A stretch of DNA of 62,510 bases, filler included, from Hausera hauseri (lineage: Eukaryota): the NCBI GenBank assembly GCA_046269625.1. It is 11 parts of 11 records of this genome, joined end to end, with 100 filler letters (N's around TTAATTAATTAA, not from the genome) between each part and the next. Parts side by side here need not be neighbours in the genome. Positions count along the whole stretch, not along the records: positions 58,501 to 62,510 come from JBJURY010822751.1; 10 more parts are not named here. One strand, given 5' to 3'. A program made the translations under genes and the position numbers. Each line of letters opens with the position of its first letter. Position 1 is the stretch's first letter. Positions 58,401-62,510 of the stretch are shown here, in pieces. The notes beneath the pieces were generated by a model. The model was not told the DNA's origin. It worked only from the letters and a program-made list of their open reading frames with translations, and did no database searches.

Positions 58401-58964
58401 NNNNNNNNNNNNNNNNNNNNNNNNNNNNNNNNNNNNNNNNNNNNTTAATTAATTAANNNNNNNNNNNNNNNNNNNNNNNNNNNNNNNNNNNNNNNNNNNN
58501 ACCAATATACTAATCTCTATACTTAGCAATATCTGTCAATAAAGTTCAACAAGCTCAAGATGAGGACTGGTGAGTGTCATACGTACAACAGACTGTTGAC
58601 TATATGAAGTCTTACTGTTTTCCACTATTGAATTTGAATTAATTATAATACAGCATGTTACAGATTTTGTTTTTCCTATTTAATACTAAGGAGATTAGAA
58701 TATTTATGAACTGCTAAGAAAACTGATAGTGGTGGGGGAAAAATCGAGTGAATTGCACAGCATTAGAAGCTACATGGTAATGACATCAGGACAGTTGTAT
58801 CATTGTGGTCTTTAAAAAATAAAAAGTCTGAATACTATTGCTGAATCTGAATAAAATACACTGAAAAAAAACAATGTACAAAATAGAATTTTCAATAATT
58901 GTCACAATATCCAGATCAGATTGAATTGCCTGTATCTCATCTGATGTGACATCACCGAACGTGT

Positions 58965-61900
58965 TTTATTTTAACTTCCAATGTCCATACGCCCAACGCT
59001 TATTTCGCCCCACCCACTTTCGTTTATCATAGTTACATGACAAAGCGACTTTCGCTCTAGTTATTGCATACAGTTGGTGCTCAATTGATCGGATGATCGT
59101 TTGAGACACAAAATCCACTTATTGTCCTCCTTCTTCATAGATACGTCGATAACCACCGTGACCGATTTCCGTCTGTCTCAGCTGAACTCCTTTTGCCCGC
59201 ATTTTCGGTCCACAATCCGTCAGAAGACTGTAGCACTTTGGGCATAGGAATATCCATTCCCTCTACCGAACACGACCTTTGCTTTCATACTTGAAGCAGC
59301 CGATTTTGTTTGTGTTGGCTTTGCTGTTCAATGAATGATACTGTGGGTAATTGACCATGTCATGTAATCCGTCTGCCATCATTTGTCGCAGTAGTTGTTC
59401 ACGATTGACGTTTTTCAGTTTCAAGAAAAAACTATCTGTGTCACCGGCAATTATATTGATCTTACATCCGTCGCCGAACGTTTGCCGACAACGTGACAAA
59501 TTGCGATACTGGAGTTCATGCATCAGCAACTTGCTCGGATCCAATACCAGCCGGTCCAGTACGACTTCTTCTCTGTTTAAAAGCACGGCAACCAATCAAT
59601 CGGCAATGTGCATTAATCGCCGAAACTGTGCCTTGGTGGCATACGTAACCAGTCGCTTTTCCGATTTATATAGGTGCATATTGAGCCGCTTTTTCAGATT
59701 CTCCACTGTTTTCCGTACAGGGAATTGTTTTACATCTTGTAGTGGTCCTTTTCAAACTTTGTACAAGCTGCGGCTGATTCTCAGAATTTCAATCCATATA
59801 CGCCTTGAATATGGAAGCCTGAGTAAATCGGATTGCACGATGAAGCTCTGTGACACGTACATCGAGCTGCATGTGGAACTGTAGCAGACTACAATGGACT
59901 ACGTAATTCAGCTTCGGTTCATGCGTCATGAGCAGCTTTTTTACTTTTGAGCCTGTCGGATATTGGTTAAATCGTGCGACCGGTAAATCGTCCAAAACGT
60001 CATGCAGCTCATTTGGTACCACGAGATAAACCTCCATCAGGTATCCAACTGAGTTTGTCATGTCTGCTGGTGGTAACTTGAGCATTGTGTCGTCCAGATC
60101 TTGTCTGCCAACTACCAATTCGAATGAACCGTACAGCAAGGGTGCGAAAGTGCCCAGACGTACAGGTTATTAATATCAATATAAAACAGTGATAATATAT
60201 CGGTAGCACCGACATGATGCTTGTTGACAAATGTCATGCCACCGCGAATACCAACATCAAACATTTGGTACATTTCTGGGTCTTGCATCCGCTCAATGTC
60301 TCGATCCAGTGACATTAGAGTTGACGCCAAATTCATTCCCGGTATGGAATAAAAGTTGAGTAGCTCCAACCCACTTTCCGCTAGCGCTTTGGTCCAAAAT
60401 GTTTCGAATACATCGGCCAATAAGCAAACGCTCAGTTTAAGATACTGGAGCATGTAATCCAACATGTTTCTACAGCCCAGTTCTGTCCAAGATTCTTGTG
60501 CTCTCTGATATTCATCTTCAGTGATTTCTGTCCATCGCGGCGGTAATTCCTGTGCTGTCGGGAGTCGCTCATATGATGTTGCAAAGTCATATGGAAATAT
60601 GTCTTTGTTACGTTCAATATGTGTTGGGAAACTGCGTTGATGTTATCGGTACACCCGGCAAGGCATTTACCAGCTTCGCCAATAATTCATCGAGTAATTG
60701 CAATAAATCAAGGAACCGTACCTGGCACCGGTTTAAGCGTTCTGACAGGGACAGGTACTTCTCCATTGCTGTTGGGATTATGGACAGTTCCCTGTGCGGA
60801 AATCCGTTGATGGCCGATTTCAGTATGAAAGGTCACCGGTAGGAATGGCCGCACGCGCCTTGTTAAATTGCATGTGTTGCATGCTGCTCCCAGGTATCGA
60901 CTGGTGAAATGATCATGGTCCGGTACGAGCAGTTCCCGTGCATCAAAAGTCAATATTTTGTGGCAGAGGTAGCATTCATCGGTGGCAGCGAAAAGCAGCG
61001 GTTCATATTCGTCTGACCATGTCAAGGGCTTAGTGTTATTGTTACTGTACCACGGTGCGATTTCCGTTTCCTCTATCGTTTCCAACTGTTTCAGGAAATC
61101 GAGCATACAGTTCCAGCCATAAAAAATGTAATATTGCAGTTGTCCGGTGGTTTTTATTGGAACAATCGATATACCGACGGCGATTGGAATGTGCTTTTAG
61201 TCGTATACATTGTGCCGCGGTAGGATTGCCTCGATATCGACATATACCACATATTCCTGACTGCCTGTTTTCGACCAGTTACCGAATCTCAGCTCCTTTT
61301 TGACTGACATGACGTACATTGTTGTCCCTGATAAATTTTGTCTGCACAACGCCACATGTTTTTCCCATGTCGTTTTTGACCTGCGACCACGCAAAAATGT
61401 AGGGTATCATTTACAATTTATACGCTTTTTGATGAATTGGTGGTTATCCATTTTCCGAAGTCTGTCCAAATTGGTTAATGCCACGTAGTTAAATTTATCT
61501 TCTTGCTCCAACAGCACCAAATTTACTGAGCGTCCATTTGGGTTTTGACTGCGATAAATTATATCCACGTGTGGGTTTTTGTATATCTCTTCGCCTGCTG
61601 GTATTTCTACGATTATGTTGTACCGGAACACGTTGACTGCCAGTGTTGTATTACGCCGTTCAAAAGCCGGAATGGTTTTGAGTTTCATCGGCATCCAACA
61701 CTCGTCGTAGTCCAACTCTGAGAAATACTTACTGTACTTCTTTGGACAATTTGCATGACGTCTGGACACTTGATCATACTTCAATATGGCCAGAATGCTG
61801 TAAATAAAGCAGTATTCATCGTTAGTATTTTGTACATTCACTACCGCCAAAGACTGCTTCAAGGATGCAGATGTCGGTATGCATAAACGTCCAGACAGGT

Positions 61901-62446
61901 AAATCATGTCACTCGTCTTGGTCAAAATAAAGCCGAGAGTGACAATCTTTAAAATTCGCCAACCACTGCCATTTTCGATTTTGTTGGCGATATTTTCGTC
62001 AAGATTTTCGCCTACATCGGCAAGAAAATCCTCAGAGTATGTTACGGCTCGATGTGACAGGTACCATTGTTTTCTGTCACCCTGCAGGTTTTAAAATTCT
62101 GCAAGTGGATATATTACACTTTGCAATGGTGTTCTTGGAATTTGGCCACCTCTCTTTCCAACCGGTTACGCACATTAGCGGGTACATCTTTCAATTGCGT
62201 TGCTGTTTTCGCCGAAATGTCCACCTTCATGTCTACGCACGATATTTTCCGGTCATACTTGACAGTAATGAGCGGTTTACGTTCATGCTGCTGCTGCTGT
62301 TTCTGTCTTCTGTTGTTTTGAAAGTATTCGTCAAGGCTTGCTGATGCTTGACGTTTCCTGATGCTTCTTGCTGCTTCCATTAATATTTCCTTTTTGGACC
62401 TCTGAAACTGGTTCATGTGGTCCTTGTGAATGTTGTAGAAGTGCAC
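58965..62446 (-). pseudogene. Near full-length protein-primed DNA polymerase B, heavily decayed
   Basis: VNVQN..CFIYSILA, DHDHFT..YLGAACNTCNL, IRGG, YIDINNLY, GDTDSFF, PKCYS, DKR; the HNLxGYD motif is deleted near 60825. Confidence 0.9.
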
Positions 62447-62510
62447 GTAGTTGATTTCATCAACTATAGAACAACCGGGACAAACTTAGGCCCGTTTACC
62501 ATGCACCGTT

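Noticed and set aside
60680-60830. Apparent foreign insertion or intein in pPolB
   Set aside because: Another frame reads as normal pPolB (IIPTAMEKYLS..VRFLD); the shift is due to a small deletion.
86-62446. Alternative genetic code explaining the many in-frame stops
   Set aside because: All three stop types occur alongside frameshifts and replace different amino acids in sister copies, which fits neutral decay.

Overview
This is not a continuous locus. It consists of 11 short contigs joined by artificial 100-nt spacers (44 N + TTAATTAATTAA + 44 N), and it is almost entirely eukaryotic mobile or viral DNA. Five contigs (1-5726, 5827-10290, 18432-22000, 26429-30551, 30652-35964) carry pieces of one unusual Ty3/Gypsy group. 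In it, a chuvirus-like (gB-type, class III) fusion glycoprotein lies between Gag and Pol and is in frame with the protease. It is preceded by a spacer with a ubiquitin-like and an AT-hook-like motif and followed by a conserved PTAP motif, and one member has an ISG20/REX4-like exonuclease ORF just before the PPT. The window also holds an uninterrupted fish-type (epsilon/ERV1-like) retrovirus in pol-env-LTR-PBS-gag order, and a Polinton/adintovirus capsid module with dUTPase and a TATA-binding-protein-like gene. The rest is two decayed protein-primed PolB genes, a Gypsy element with a baculovirus-F-type env, other Gypsy fragments, Tc1, hAT-like, Penelope and MITE remnants, and a few host exons (TTC14-like, ankyrin) with 41-52 nt introns. 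All family calls come from motif recognition by eye; no database search was run.
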